Shown piece by piece: positions 48,461 through 59,457 of a DNA stretch of 64,000 nt. The position numbers and the translations under genes were made by a program. The DNA comes from Oikopleura dioica (Eukaryota > Animalia > Chordata): the NCBI GenBank assembly GCA_907165135.1, contig OU015567.1, positions 5,704,001 to 5,768,000 on the forward strand, in the 5' to 3' direction. A model generated the notes under the pieces. That model did not search any database. It had not been told where the DNA came from and worked only from the letters and a program-made list of their open reading frames with translations. The first letter of the stretch is position 1. Each line of letters begins with the position of its first letter.

Positions 48461-50307
48461 TTAAAGGAAAGCTCCGGAATCTTTGTTTTTCAATTTTATC
48501 TGGACGTGTTGATAGTCTTCCACGTTTTTGGGAAGCTCGCAGGAAAGAACCACCTTCATGTTTTTCGACAGTTTTCCAGTCTCGTAAGCTAAAAGCAAAA
48601 TAAGATACAAATAAGTGATTTCTCTGTGTACCTTCAGCGAGGGCAGAGACGACCTTTCGCTCGCTTTCATGTTTGACCGAGCGGGCGCCGTAAGAAACCT
48701 CGTATCCGTCCGCCAAAACGCTGATGACAGACTCTTCCCAGGAGAGCTCGATGTCGTGTTTATCTTTCGCGATTCGTTTCCACAAACCCAATTCGAATTC
48801 AACAAGTTCTCTCAGCTCAGAGTCCTGAAATTTTAATTTTAAATCGGCCCTGTCTTGATTTGCTTACCGAAAAAGGGAGGAAATAGACGAATTCGTTGAT
48901 TCTCCCGAGAAACTCGTCTCGTTTGAAGTGAAATTTCAAAATCGGCTTGACTACGTTTTGGCGGAACTCTTTGTCCACCGTCGTTTTTTCGTCCCCTTTC
49001 GATCTCAAAGCGACGCCGTATTCTGCAATTTGTCCAGACGCCAGATTCGAAGTCATGATGAAAATCGCATCTAGCAATTTTTTTTTATCTTTGCAATCAA
49101 GGAAGAGTACCTTTGCATTCGACAGTCTTGCCCTGTCCATCCGTCATTCTTCCTTCGTCGAAGAGCTGCAGTAAAATCGGCAATGAATCTGGGTGCGCTT
49201 TCTCGATCTCGTCGAAGAGCACGACCGCGTTGGGACATTTGGTGAGAGCCTCGGTCAGCTGGCCTCCTTTGTCGTGGCCGACGTAGCCCGGCGGCGCCCC
49301 GATCAGCCGCGCCACTTCGTGCTGCGAACTGTACTCGCTCATGTCGATCCGGACGAAGCCCTCTTTCATGTTTCCGTGGATGTACTTGGCCACCTGCTTG
49401 GCCAACTCTGTTTTCCCGATTCCCGAGCTGCCCAAAAAGATCATCACAACAGGATGGTCAGAATCGACCCAGCCATTTTCTTTCCTTCGGATCGCAGCCG
49501 CCACTTGCTTGATCGCCGCTTTCTGGCCGATTATATTTTCTGAAAGACGCGATTCCAGGGGGTATTTCTTTCGCTTTTCTTTCAGAACTGCGTCGCGGTT
49601 TTTGATCGCTTTGATCAGCAGACCCTAGAAAAAAAACAGTTTTAGACTTGTCATCTAGATATTCACTTGCCTTGATTAACAGGCCATTTTTCGAGTTTAA
49701 ATCCACAACTTCGATTGGTGAAACGCCTTGATGCAGTTTCACCAGTGGATCAGCTCCAGCGTCGATCAACAATTTCGCCATTTCGTAGTTGTCGTTCAAA
49801 ACAGCGTAGAATAAAGCGGTGGCTCCTCGATAGTCGATTTTCGCCGAAAGATGCGTTGGAAATTGCTCCTTTCGAACTTTCAATTTCTCCTCGTCTTCTG
49901 CGCTAGAAATATGAATAAAATATCCAATCTGAGCGCCTTTGTGTGTACTACCTAAACATAGCTTGCGTGTAATGCTGTCCGAACTGCTTGGCAACAGGTT
50001 TGACGTATTTCTCTTGAAGATCTGGATCCGCTCCCGATTCAAGCAGCAGTTTCACCGTTTTCTCGTCATTCCAAGCTGCAGCGAGGTGAAGCGGCGTCCA
50101 CCCATATTTGTGATACTGATTCGTTTTCTGGCCCGTTTTGATGCATTTGTAGACGGAGCCGTAGTCGTCCGAAACGATCGCTTTGTAGATATTTAGCTCT
50201 TCTTTTGGCTTGTCGAAAAGGAAACCGCCAAGAGCGACTGTTGAAGTTGTAGGAAGGAGCAGCCGTGCTCGTTGTCGAAACGCTTGCTGGAAAAAGCGAC
50301 GAGACAT
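48461..50307 (-). CDS. CLPB: Mitochondrial CLPB/Skd3 (ankyrin repeats + AAA+)
   Basis: GWTPLHLAA ankyrin, [12 protein letters not shown] Walker [19 protein letters not shown] Walker B, FIMTSN, GARS. Confidence 0.95.
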
Positions 50308-50348
50308 TCTAAGAAACCTTGAGTTCAGTCAATCAGTTGTAGTAGCGA

Positions 50349-50863
50349 TCAGCTTGGCAGGGCAAGTATGCTCAGTTGGTAAACAATCACGCGACCGTAG
50401 AAGTCCGTCGAAGATTCGAACTCGACTTCGAGCTGTTCGAAGTCTTCTTTTGCTTCAAATTCGAATTCTTGAAGGTCGTTTGAGTCTAAAATAATCACTC
50501 AAAAGCTTGAAAAAGAATGAAGAACGAACCTTCTGGGAAAAAGGGGAGACTTGAATTCGGCCCAGTTTTGAAAAAGCATTTTTGTCCTGCAAAGCCGCCT
50601 TGGAATTGGATTTTCAGCTTGAATTTTTCGATATTCTTTTCTTCCACAATCTGTTTTTCTGCAAACTTCAGTTTTATGTACTGCGGATTTCCCTAAAGAC
50701 AACTTCTTCTTTATTATTCGACTGTAGTTTTCGGCACCTGATCTGAGTACCAACAAGTGTCCTCGTTCCCGTCGTTCAAAAACTGCTTGCCATACTCTTT
50801 TCCGTTCTGATCGAGCACCGAAGACACGGATATCTTGCAAAGCGCTTTATTTACTAACTCCAT
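50349..50863 (-). CDS. NR2C2AP: Nuclear receptor 2C2-associated protein
   Basis: VSSVLDQNGKEYGKQFLNDGNEDTCWYSDQ, IQFQGGF, STDFYGRVIVYQL. Confidence 0.88.
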
Positions 50864-50924
50864 TCTGAAACTCAAATCTGTTTTCAAAGACCAATGGTTC
50901 AAGCTCCGCGTTGATTTTCTTTTT

Positions 50925-51797
50925 CTATGTCAGAGTAACGGACGCATCCTTTTCGGGCGAAATTCTTGAGCCGATTCGAGCGGCGATTGTAGCGGTCTTG
51001 AGCTTTCGCCTTTCCGAAAAGCGTTTGTAAGAGTTTCTTGCGCGTGGTGAGTTGTTCGGCGCCGCGGAATTGGAAAATTTTTTCGAAAGAGTTCTTCGAG
51101 GTTTTGTACTTGAGGTATCTTGAAGAAAGGTTTTAGCGATAACGAAGATTTGAAGCAGATCTACTGACCTGTCAACGAGTTTGTATTTGCGAATCACCCG
51201 TCGAATGCGATGCCTCTCTGCAAATTTGGTGTGAAAGATCTTCCCGGCGATGTCCCTCATTTCTTGCGGCAGAGATTCGGGAAGATTGACGAGCGCGTCT
51301 TCCGCGTCGTCGTGCACTTCTGGCACGAAGTCGTCGCGTTTTGCGTAAAGCCCGAGTTTGACTTGGTCTTCGAAGGCAACCTTCAGCGGTCTTTTGAGAG
51401 TGGTGTCTTCTACGTCTTCGGTGTGGTCGACGATTACGGATTTGTTTTCTGGGACAGTGAGGTCGCTGATCGGGCCGCGCAGGTAAAAGTCCGTGTATTC
51501 GCTCGAAATCGACCAGGGACAGTTCTCCACCGCCTGAAATGTCGGTTTAGTTTGTTTGTAAATAGAAATCAAGCGAAGAATTACCTTTAAAATCTCCTTC
51601 TCCTGTTCATAGGTGTATCCTTTGCGCAAAAAGCTCTTGTCGTTCTGGTCAACTGTATATTTGTGCGCAGGCACGTGGTTTCTCACTGTCGGGCATTTTC
51701 TGTAGCAGTTCGTGCAGAATCTCTCCTCGCACTCGACGCAGTTGATGATCGCCGTTTCGATTTTTCGCTTGCAAGTCGAACAACACACAGAGCTCAT
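50925..51797 (-). CDS. B-box-type zinc finger protein of unknown function
   Basis: CxxC...CVECEERFCTNC...H...H N-terminus in a 290-aa ORF with in-frame intron-like stretches. Confidence 0.6.
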   Translation of the reverse strand: MSSVCCSTCKRKIETAIINCVECEERFCTNCYRKCPTVRNHVPAHKYTVDQNDKSFLRKGYTYEQEKEILKVILRLISIYKQTKPTFQAVENCPWSISSEYTDFYLRGPISDLTVPENKSVIVDHTEDVEDTTLKRPLKVAFEDQVKLGLYAKRDDFVPEVHDDAEDALVNLPESLPQEMRDIAGKIFHTKFAERHRIRRVIRKYKLVDRSVDLLQIFVIAKTFLQDTSSTKPRRTLSKKFSNSAAPNNSPRARNSYKRFSERRKLKTATIAARIGSRISPEKDASVTLT

Positions 51798-51932
51798 TTT
51801 CCTGAATAAAGAATTCGTTAAAAATAGTGTTCTTTTGAAAAGTGAAGGATGATTGTGTCTTGGCAGGTGGTATTTGAAGCAGAAGTGAACTTTTTTATGT
51901 GTCAGGAAGTAAGTTCAGTTTTCAAGGGAATG

Positions 51933-53318
51933 TCAGTTGTAGTGTCTATCCGCACAGCGAGTCACGTGATCTTGAAACTGGCTTTTCCGAAACTCGAAGG
52001 TGCAGATGTAGCACTTTTCCGTCGGCTCATCTGGCTTGTCGAAACAGGGATATTGGCGCCGCACAGGCTGCAAAACTATCACCAGCTGACATCAAGGAAG
52101 ACTAACCTGGGGCGACTTGTTTAGATCTTTCTCGAAACGCTCAAGCCGGCAGCGCTCGATTTCTGCCTCATCGTGGCGAAAGGGTCCATTGCTCGTGAAA
52201 CGGTCGTTGACTGCGGTCTCCCGTCCGTTGGCGTCGATTCTCGTGCGGCTTCGGAACCATCGGTTTCGCAAGTCCTCTGCTCGACGGTGCTTTTTTCGGA
52301 AGGCGAGAGCAAGTTGTTCTGCATGTCTAGGCAGTCGGCGGTGTGCTCCTCAATGTAGTTTTCTGAAATGCAATTATCGATTCTGCCATCCTCTCAAGAT
52401 TGGTTCAATCGAGATACAGAAATAAAGACTTACTGTAGAAAACTTTGGAACACAGAGGACACTCGGCGCTTTCATCAATCGTCCTGCTCAATGCGTTCTG
52501 ATTAATCAGACCTGATCTCGGAGGGGAATTGATCCGCTTCTTCTTCATCGGCGAAGCTGAGTTTTGGAAGTATTCCTGGGATAAATTCGGGCGTTTTTTC
52601 GACGAACTCGCGGCTTCTTCTCTCTTGGTCTTTTTGCCATTGCACTCTGCCGCGTGCACTTGGAGAACTCCCAGCTCGAATAGTTCGTCGCAGAGTGGAC
52701 AAGCCATCGCGTCTGAAACGAAGGAGATAAGTCAAGGTTTGCTCTTTTTTTCCACTAACCATCTTTCGGACGAGCTGAATTCCCAGAAACTTCCTGAACT
52801 TCTTCCTCCACCAAAATCGGCTCATTTTTAGGCCTTCTTTCTTCGATGCTATTTTCGTTGACAAGAATAACGTCCTCCGAGTCGCTGTCTTCAAGCAGAT
52901 TGACTACTTCTTCATTCTTCTTTTTCGCTTTTGGTTTGTTCAGCTGGTTCAGTTCTTGAACTTGCTCTTGCGTCGATTTCTGACTCTCTTCAGGAGTGTC
53001 ACTGTCGGGCCCATCTGAAATGTACCCATATTCGACCGGCTGTTCGTTTGCCTTCATTCGCGCTTTGTCTTTTTCCTTGGTCGACTGAATCGTAGCGAAA
53101 TTGATGAGAACCCTGTCTGCCATGCATCCTAAGTCGTCTGGGGAGAGAGATCGCCCGAGCAGTTGTTCCAGCGCATCTGCAAATAAAGAGCCTTGGCCGC
53201 AGTCCGGAGCTTGCGTGTATTCCGCCAATTCGAGTGTCTTGCAGATTTCGTCGACACGGCACTTCATGTGACGCCAATACGCTTTCGACTTCTTTTTGTC
53301 GCTTTTGCTACTTTCCAT
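51933..53318 (-). CDS. Protein with three UBZ (Rad18-type) zinc fingers
   Basis: CPLCDELF...QVHAAEC, CPLCSKVF...EEHTADC, CYICTFEF...QDHVTRC; last splice inferred. Confidence 0.65.
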
Positions 53319-53505
53319 TTTTCATCCACTCTTTAAAAGAAAAGCATAATTACAAACCGATTTCGAAAGAAAGAAGGAAGAAGGTAAAGTAATAACTTAT
53401 ATTTTGAATATTTATTGAATAAATGATAAATGCATAATGACATTTTTTGTTCGTCGAAGAAATTTGGCAACAAAAACATAAAAAAAAAAACTTTAGCTTC
53501 AAAGT

Positions 53506-54620
53506 TCAGACAATTTCAAGTAAGGCTGCATGGCTCGAATTCTCCGGGACACCGCTGTCGATTGGCAAATGAGTTGAAGGAATCAGAAATCGGGTGAAAA
53601 AATGGGCATAGGTACGGATGTTGTAGAACTTGAGCCAGTTCTCGAAGCAGCGGCTGCGCGGAGAAGGAGCCTTTGTCGGACGCATTCGCTTTAATAGTGG
53701 TAATGGTATAAGGAGGTAATTTTGTTTGGTTTGTACCTGAAGCGTGGTCTGGTCTTTGGAGATGAGGAGCATGTGATAGGCGGTGAGGGCGCCGAGAGCC
53801 AGCGTGATCAACAAACACAAGTAGAAGGCGGAGTCGAAGCGTCGGTAGATTTTGCGCGAGGGCCATTCCGACCAGCGAAGGTAGGGATAGCCGACCAGCG
53901 AGAAGTAGCCGCAGCCGATCGTCGTCCAGAGGCAGAAGTTGAAGAAGTAGCGCCGGTTGAAATGGCCGACGCAGTTGTTGATCCAGGGACAGTGGTGGTC
54001 TAAAGAGAAGAGGTTCAAAAGGGATGAATGGAGAGAGAATGGGTACCCATCTGAATGACGCATTTGGCGCAGACAGAGCAGTGGTGCGAGCCAGTCGGCT
54101 TCGGGAAGAGACATTTCGAGCAGTTGCGGCTGGAGAAGTAGGAGCGGGAAGAAGTGTAGCCGGGATCGCGGAAGGAAGCGTTGAAATAGTTGAACAACAT
54201 GTGCAGGTTGACGAAGAGGCCGAAGAAGAAGTCGAAATCGGTGATGATTCGCCGCATGTAAACGAAGTAGCTAAAAGAAAACGATAGATGAGGGGAAAAG
54301 AAAATTTTGTTGTACTTACACGTAGTTAACGAAAGAAACCATTCCAACAACAAGGAAAATGAACAAAAAGCCGAATCGTTTGCAGTTCTTTTCTTTTAAT
54401 AAATCATTATTCTCTTCTTGATTTCAAGAAGTGTCTCACCTGCGAATCTGCCAATAGGAACCATCACATTCTCGAGTATCGCTTCTCCGACATCGCTGTA
54501 AGCAGCGTTGGTGGTGAGCGAAGCTAGGACGAATTTCAAATAGCGAGAATTCTGCAGCGCGGAGCGGTAGAGACTGGAAAGGCGCTCCGATCCCCTCCAT
54601 TTCAGCCCTGAAGGAGTCAT
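53506..54620 (-). CDS. ZDHHC16: DHHC palmitoyltransferase, ZDHHC16-like
   Basis: CSKCLFPKPTGSHHCSVCAKCVIQM/DHHCPWINNCVGHFN; N-terminal YLKFVLASLTTN resembles ZDHHC16. Confidence 0.85.
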
Positions 54621-55169
54621 TCACTAGATTAGCCACGCTCATCTTCGCTGCTCATCAGACAAATGGCCGATCGGGCCTCATTCTAGAGATCGCTACAGTA
54701 AGCTTTCTACATAAATTTTCAATTCAAACGAGTGCATTTTTTGATGAAAAAAAAATCAGTTAGGAAACGAGTCAGGGGAAATGGCAATATTTTCAAAAAT
54801 TTCGCACAAGTCGTTGGAAACCAACGGCCGGAGACGGTCCATTCTTTCGGCCACTTCTTCTTCCATCCCAGCATCGATCGCTAATTTCAAATTGTCGATT
54901 GCGATTTTCTTCAAAAGCAGATCGGCGCCAACTTCACTTCGCGAAATGCACTTTTTGTAGTTTTCGAAATCTCGCTTGGCGCAAAGTTCCAGCTTCTTTG
55001 GAGGAATTGTTTTGCCGTAGAATTCCTCGACGGAGATTTTGGGGAGAAAAAGGGTTGAAAAAACGGCTCGGTTCTCGGCACTCGTCGATTTGGAAGAGTC
55101 GTCTTCGATTCGGATTACGTCGTTTTCCAGCAGTTTCTTTAGCTCGGTTTAAATCTAATCGTTTTTAGT

Positions 55170-55531
55170 AAATATATATTAGGGCGGCTGTTCTTTTAAA
55201 TAAAGAGTTTTAATACTAAAATTAGTAGTCTAAATAAATACGCATAACAATTATTTTAATCAACAATTCATTTTATAATAAAATTTGAGATAAATTAAAG
55301 TTTTCTGAATTGAAACCTTTTCCGAAAAGCCATAAGAAGATTCGGATCGACTTTCCATTGACTCACTCATCTGTTTCTTTATTTCTTATTCTCTTTTTCT
55401 CTGTTTTCTTTCTTTTTCATCCCTTTCGCATCGCCTTTTCTCTTTTTCTCGCTTTTGAAATCTCCTCGCGCGCTGATTGGTCCGCGCGCGGAGCGAAAGA
55501 TTTGAATCACCGAGATTTTGGAAATTCTTGA
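55170..55531. promoter_or_regulatory. AT-rich intergenic region between divergent gene clusters (candidate bidirectional promoter)
   Basis: Genes point away on both sides; position-based inference only. Confidence 0.4.
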
Positions 55532-56265
55532 ATGGAGGTCGATTCTAGCGCTGGAAATGCAGAATTAGAAAAGAGAGAAGCAGAAAAAAGAGAATACAGA
55601 AGACAGAACTATTTCGAGGAGCATTCGAACCAGCCAAAATCGCGAAAACAAATGCCGGATTTGGAAGAATTCGGCGAAGATGAGGATGAAGATGACGAGT
55701 GGGAAGTTGTTCAAGAAACGCACTGCCATTTGGAACTTCCCGACTGCCCTGTCAAGGTACAGTACTGTACTGATCCTTCTCGCCGTCTATTATTTATAAA
55801 TTTTAGCTTTCGGAAGCTGAGAAAATCCGCGTGGTCGGGCTGGACTCGGAAGAGCCCTTCATCCAAGTCAACAACATTTTCTTCAAAGGAAACTACGAAA
55901 AGACGCTCGGGACGACGATCTTCTTCGACGGCAATAGCAAGGCGCAGAGCATGGTCGGCCAGGAAATCGGAAAAACTGAAAGGAAACTGCTGATGAAGGA
56001 AGTTCATTTGATCAAGAGACGCGACTCCTTCCACGAAGCAGGTTTGAGTCATTTTGAAATTTTCGATAAATAATTCTCAGAAGAGCGCGAAAAGCGAGGC
56101 CGATTCCGAAATAACGACAGTCCGCCGCCCTTCCTCGAAAAAGAGTCTTCTTCGCGAGCGATAATTCCAAACTCAGACTCGGAGTCGGAGCAAGACTCGG
56201 ACGAAGACTCCCTTATCGAGATTTCTGACGGTTCTGAAGAAGAAGCGGAAATGAACGAAGAATGA
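55532..56265 (+). CDS. GTF3C6: TFIIIC subunit 6
   Basis: Acidic N-terminus, IRVVGLDSEEPFIQVNNIFFKGNYEKTLGTTIFF. Confidence 0.8.
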
Positions 56266-56301
56266 ACTTTCGAGAAAGTTTTCGAAAATGTCGTTTTTAG
56301 A

Positions 56302-57679
56302 ATGCATAATGTGGAATTGAGAGTCGTCGAGGAGCACTCGGAATGTCTGTACTTCATCCAGCGACTGCTCGCGCGCGGCAAACTGCCTATTGAAGGCTTC
56401 AAAATGGTCCACTACGACTCGCATCCTGATCTCTGGAACGTGGTTGACTCTTCTCTAGGAGCTACTTCAGAAGCTGAAACAACCAACGAAAAGCGCGCCG
56501 ATTGGCTTCACAATGGAGCACCTTTCAAACTCAGAAAAGATGCGGGAGATGACCTCGATTGAGTCCTGGATCCTCCCGCTCGTCTGCGCCGGCCATTTGA
56601 AGGAAATAAACTGGGTGCGTCCTCCCTGGGCCGATCAGCTTGCAGATGGCAGAAGAGAGCTTTCGGTCGGCTTTGCGGAAGGAATCATCGAAAAGGGAAA
56701 AACCAGGCTTGCTGTGAGCTGGGCGACGGATTACTACACTTCTGACGCGACCTACTGCGCTGAGGAGAAAATGACGGATGCGAAGAAATTGACGCTGACT
56801 GTTTCGACGGAGCCGTCCTACTCGAAGAAAGAAGATATGGAACCTTGGTTTCTTGATGTCGATTTAGGTTGGTCGATATTATTTCTCAATTTATGAATCA
56901 TTTTCAGATTACTTTTCTTGCGACGATCCTTTCACGCAAGATATTCAGGGCGACGATTTGGTCAGGATTGGAAAGCTCTTTTCTGCGGGTAAATACAGTT
57001 TGAAGAAAGAAAGAAAATCGGTTGTTCAGGGAAACAGTTGTCAGACGAAGAGCCAGTAGAACTGCACGAAGAGTTTCAAAAGCGACGAGCGGAAAAACTT
57101 CGCAAATTCGAGTCCTTCCTGCTTGGGCTCGACAAAGCATGCGAAAAGTACGATCAAATGGAGGAAGAAGATTTCGCGGAAAGTGACGATCCGCATTTGA
57201 AGGAGGCATTCAAGATCTGGAAGAGCCAGCGGAAGCTTACCCAAAGCGCCGTCGAACTCAGCGGGGAAAACTGCTCTGAAGTGAACGATGGCTGGCTGAT
57301 TTACAACGCCGGCTGCACCAGTCAAGACGACGGACCCGCGCTGCCCGTGCACATTTCCACGGAACTGGAAATCGAGCAGATGATCAAGCAATTTGGTACA
57401 AAAATGCGATGCGTGTTAGCTGATTTAGGCCTTCCAGCGGGAATTTGCCTCGCCAGGAGCACAAAAGATGGATATTGCCCAGAAGCACAAGGCCAGTTCG
57501 CAAACTTTCTCAGCAATCTACATTTTCAAACTTCATTATCTCAGAAAATTTATCTTTCATTTTTGCGAACTCAAATAGTGGAGTCTATTCAAAGTTCTGT
57601 GATAGCAGTTCTGAAGGAAATATTCAAAGAGTTCTCTCCTGCCTCAAAATTACTCATAAACGAAGCTTACAAATCTTAG
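56302..57679 (+). CDS. C5orf22: UPF0489 family protein
   Basis: VVEEH, HYDSHPDL, SIESWILP, LDVDLDYFS, LPVHISTE, LARSTKDGYCP. Confidence 0.88.
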
Positions 57680-57720
57680 ACTAAATTCATGTTTCTGCAA
57701 ATAAAGGAATTCAATTCTCG

Positions 57721-59128
57721 TTATGCCGGCGGCTTGCACTTCGGAAACTCGCTGTATCGGCCGGTCCAGGGGCAGCTTGCTTTCCCATTCGCGTATTCGT
57801 CTAGCATTGCTCGCATCACGTCGAACATGAAGTTGCAGAAGTCCTCGTCGACGCCGATTGAGCGGTAGAACACGGACTGCTCCATGAAAAGATATGGCCA
57901 GACGCAGGTCATTTCTTGCTCAAGCTCTAGGAGGAATTTGAAACCGTGCACTGCTTGGTTTCAGTACCTTTGATTGAAAATTGGCGGACTCCGCTGATTC
58001 TGTTGTACTCCCGCAAGTACATGTTCAAGAAGTCTTCGTAAATGTCCTTGTTGAATCTCTCGTAGAAGCGAATGATGTAGTAGGCGAGGTCGAAAGCTCG
58101 AGTGCCGAATTCTGAGTTATCGTAGTCAATCAGCATCAGTCTTTCCTCCATCGATGTTCCTTCTGGAGCGTCGCGGATGAACACGTTTCCGTCGTGGGCG
58201 TCGTTGTGGCACCAAACGGTCGGCGAAATGGTGCCCCACTGGACATCGTACATGAAGTCGATCAGGCCCTCGGCTGAACTGATGTTGAGGAACTCGCCCT
58301 GAACTGGAAACTGCCCGATTCGCTCCTCGACCCATTCCTGTTTGAAATCATAGAAGAGAATTAATTTTTATCAAACCTTTGCGGGATCAGTAGCTGTTTC
58401 GTAGTGAGATCTGATCGCTCTTGTGTTCCAGGGCCAGGCGTGGTAGCAGTTTGTGATCGGCCTTGGACACTCTTCTTCGCTGATGATGTGCATTGAAGCG
58501 AAGCGCTTTGCTGCAGCGCGGTAGACGTCGATGTCGCTAGGTCGGAGTTCGTCTATTTTGTCGATTGAGTCTCCGTAAAGAAGCTCGTAGAAGTTCACGT
58601 AGGCGGGAGGGACGGTCTCTTCGATGGAGCCAAAGAAGATCGGCCCGTTGCCCGAGTCTGACATCGCTTTGTCCACGATTCGCATCCGTTCCTTGTCCAG
58701 CGTTGTCGGCTACAATCGATTAGCCTCCAAGAAGTGTTGATTGAGTACATACATATCTGTAGAGCTTCTCCGCTGCTTCGAAGTTGAGGGAAGCAGACGA
58801 GCAGTTGTAGACGACGCCCTGGCCTCCTTCGCCGAGAAGAGAGACCGTAGCGTCACTCGCACCCGTGTGCTCCTGGCAAAACTGGAGAGCCTTTTCTGGG
58901 GAAGTGTTTGCTTTGACAGTTCCTTTCGCATGTTGAAAGTTTCTTTCGGCACTTCGGGAAGGGAGATCGCCGGTGATTCCGTGGTCATTTTTTACCTTTT
59001 GGAAGATTTCTACCGCGCTTAAAATTAGTTGAGGTTTAATTTGCTTCGAAAAAGGACTGCTACTTGAAGGAATTGGAAGGAATCTTCGATGCCTCCCCAA
59101 GGGCAAGAAAAGCAGAAAGAAGCTTCAT
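57721..59128 (-). CDS. Choline/ethanolamine kinase-like phosphotransferase with predicted signal peptide
   Basis: LGEGGQGVVY loop, CHNDAHDGN, LIDYDNSEFGTRAFDLA; first exon MKLLSAFLALGEAS. Confidence 0.8.
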
Positions 59129-59457
59129 TCTCTGCAGTTTGAAGCAAGTCGATTTTCATGGAGAAAGAAAGCGTCGATATTTGCAAAGCCATTAGAGTGT
59201 CATCGCTCAGTTATTGGAATCCACTCTTTGTTATTTCGAAACGTTTTTATTTTTATCAATGAATTTTGGTTGAAATCTTTGGCGGAGACCGGATCTGGAA
59301 AGATAGCTGCCTTCACCATTCCCGTTCTTCAGGTTGACCTTCTTTTTCGACCTTTTCGAGTTCTTGTCTGAAAGAATGCTGAATTTAATGGCGATTCTTA
59401 TTGAAAAAGAACTTTGAAAAGAAGACAATCATAAAATCAAGATTATTGTCTTGGTTT

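Noticed and set aside
54700-55170. Possible minus-strand gene upstream of ZDHHC16
   Set aside because: Coding-like text, but no consistent frame, start codon or recognisable motif could be established
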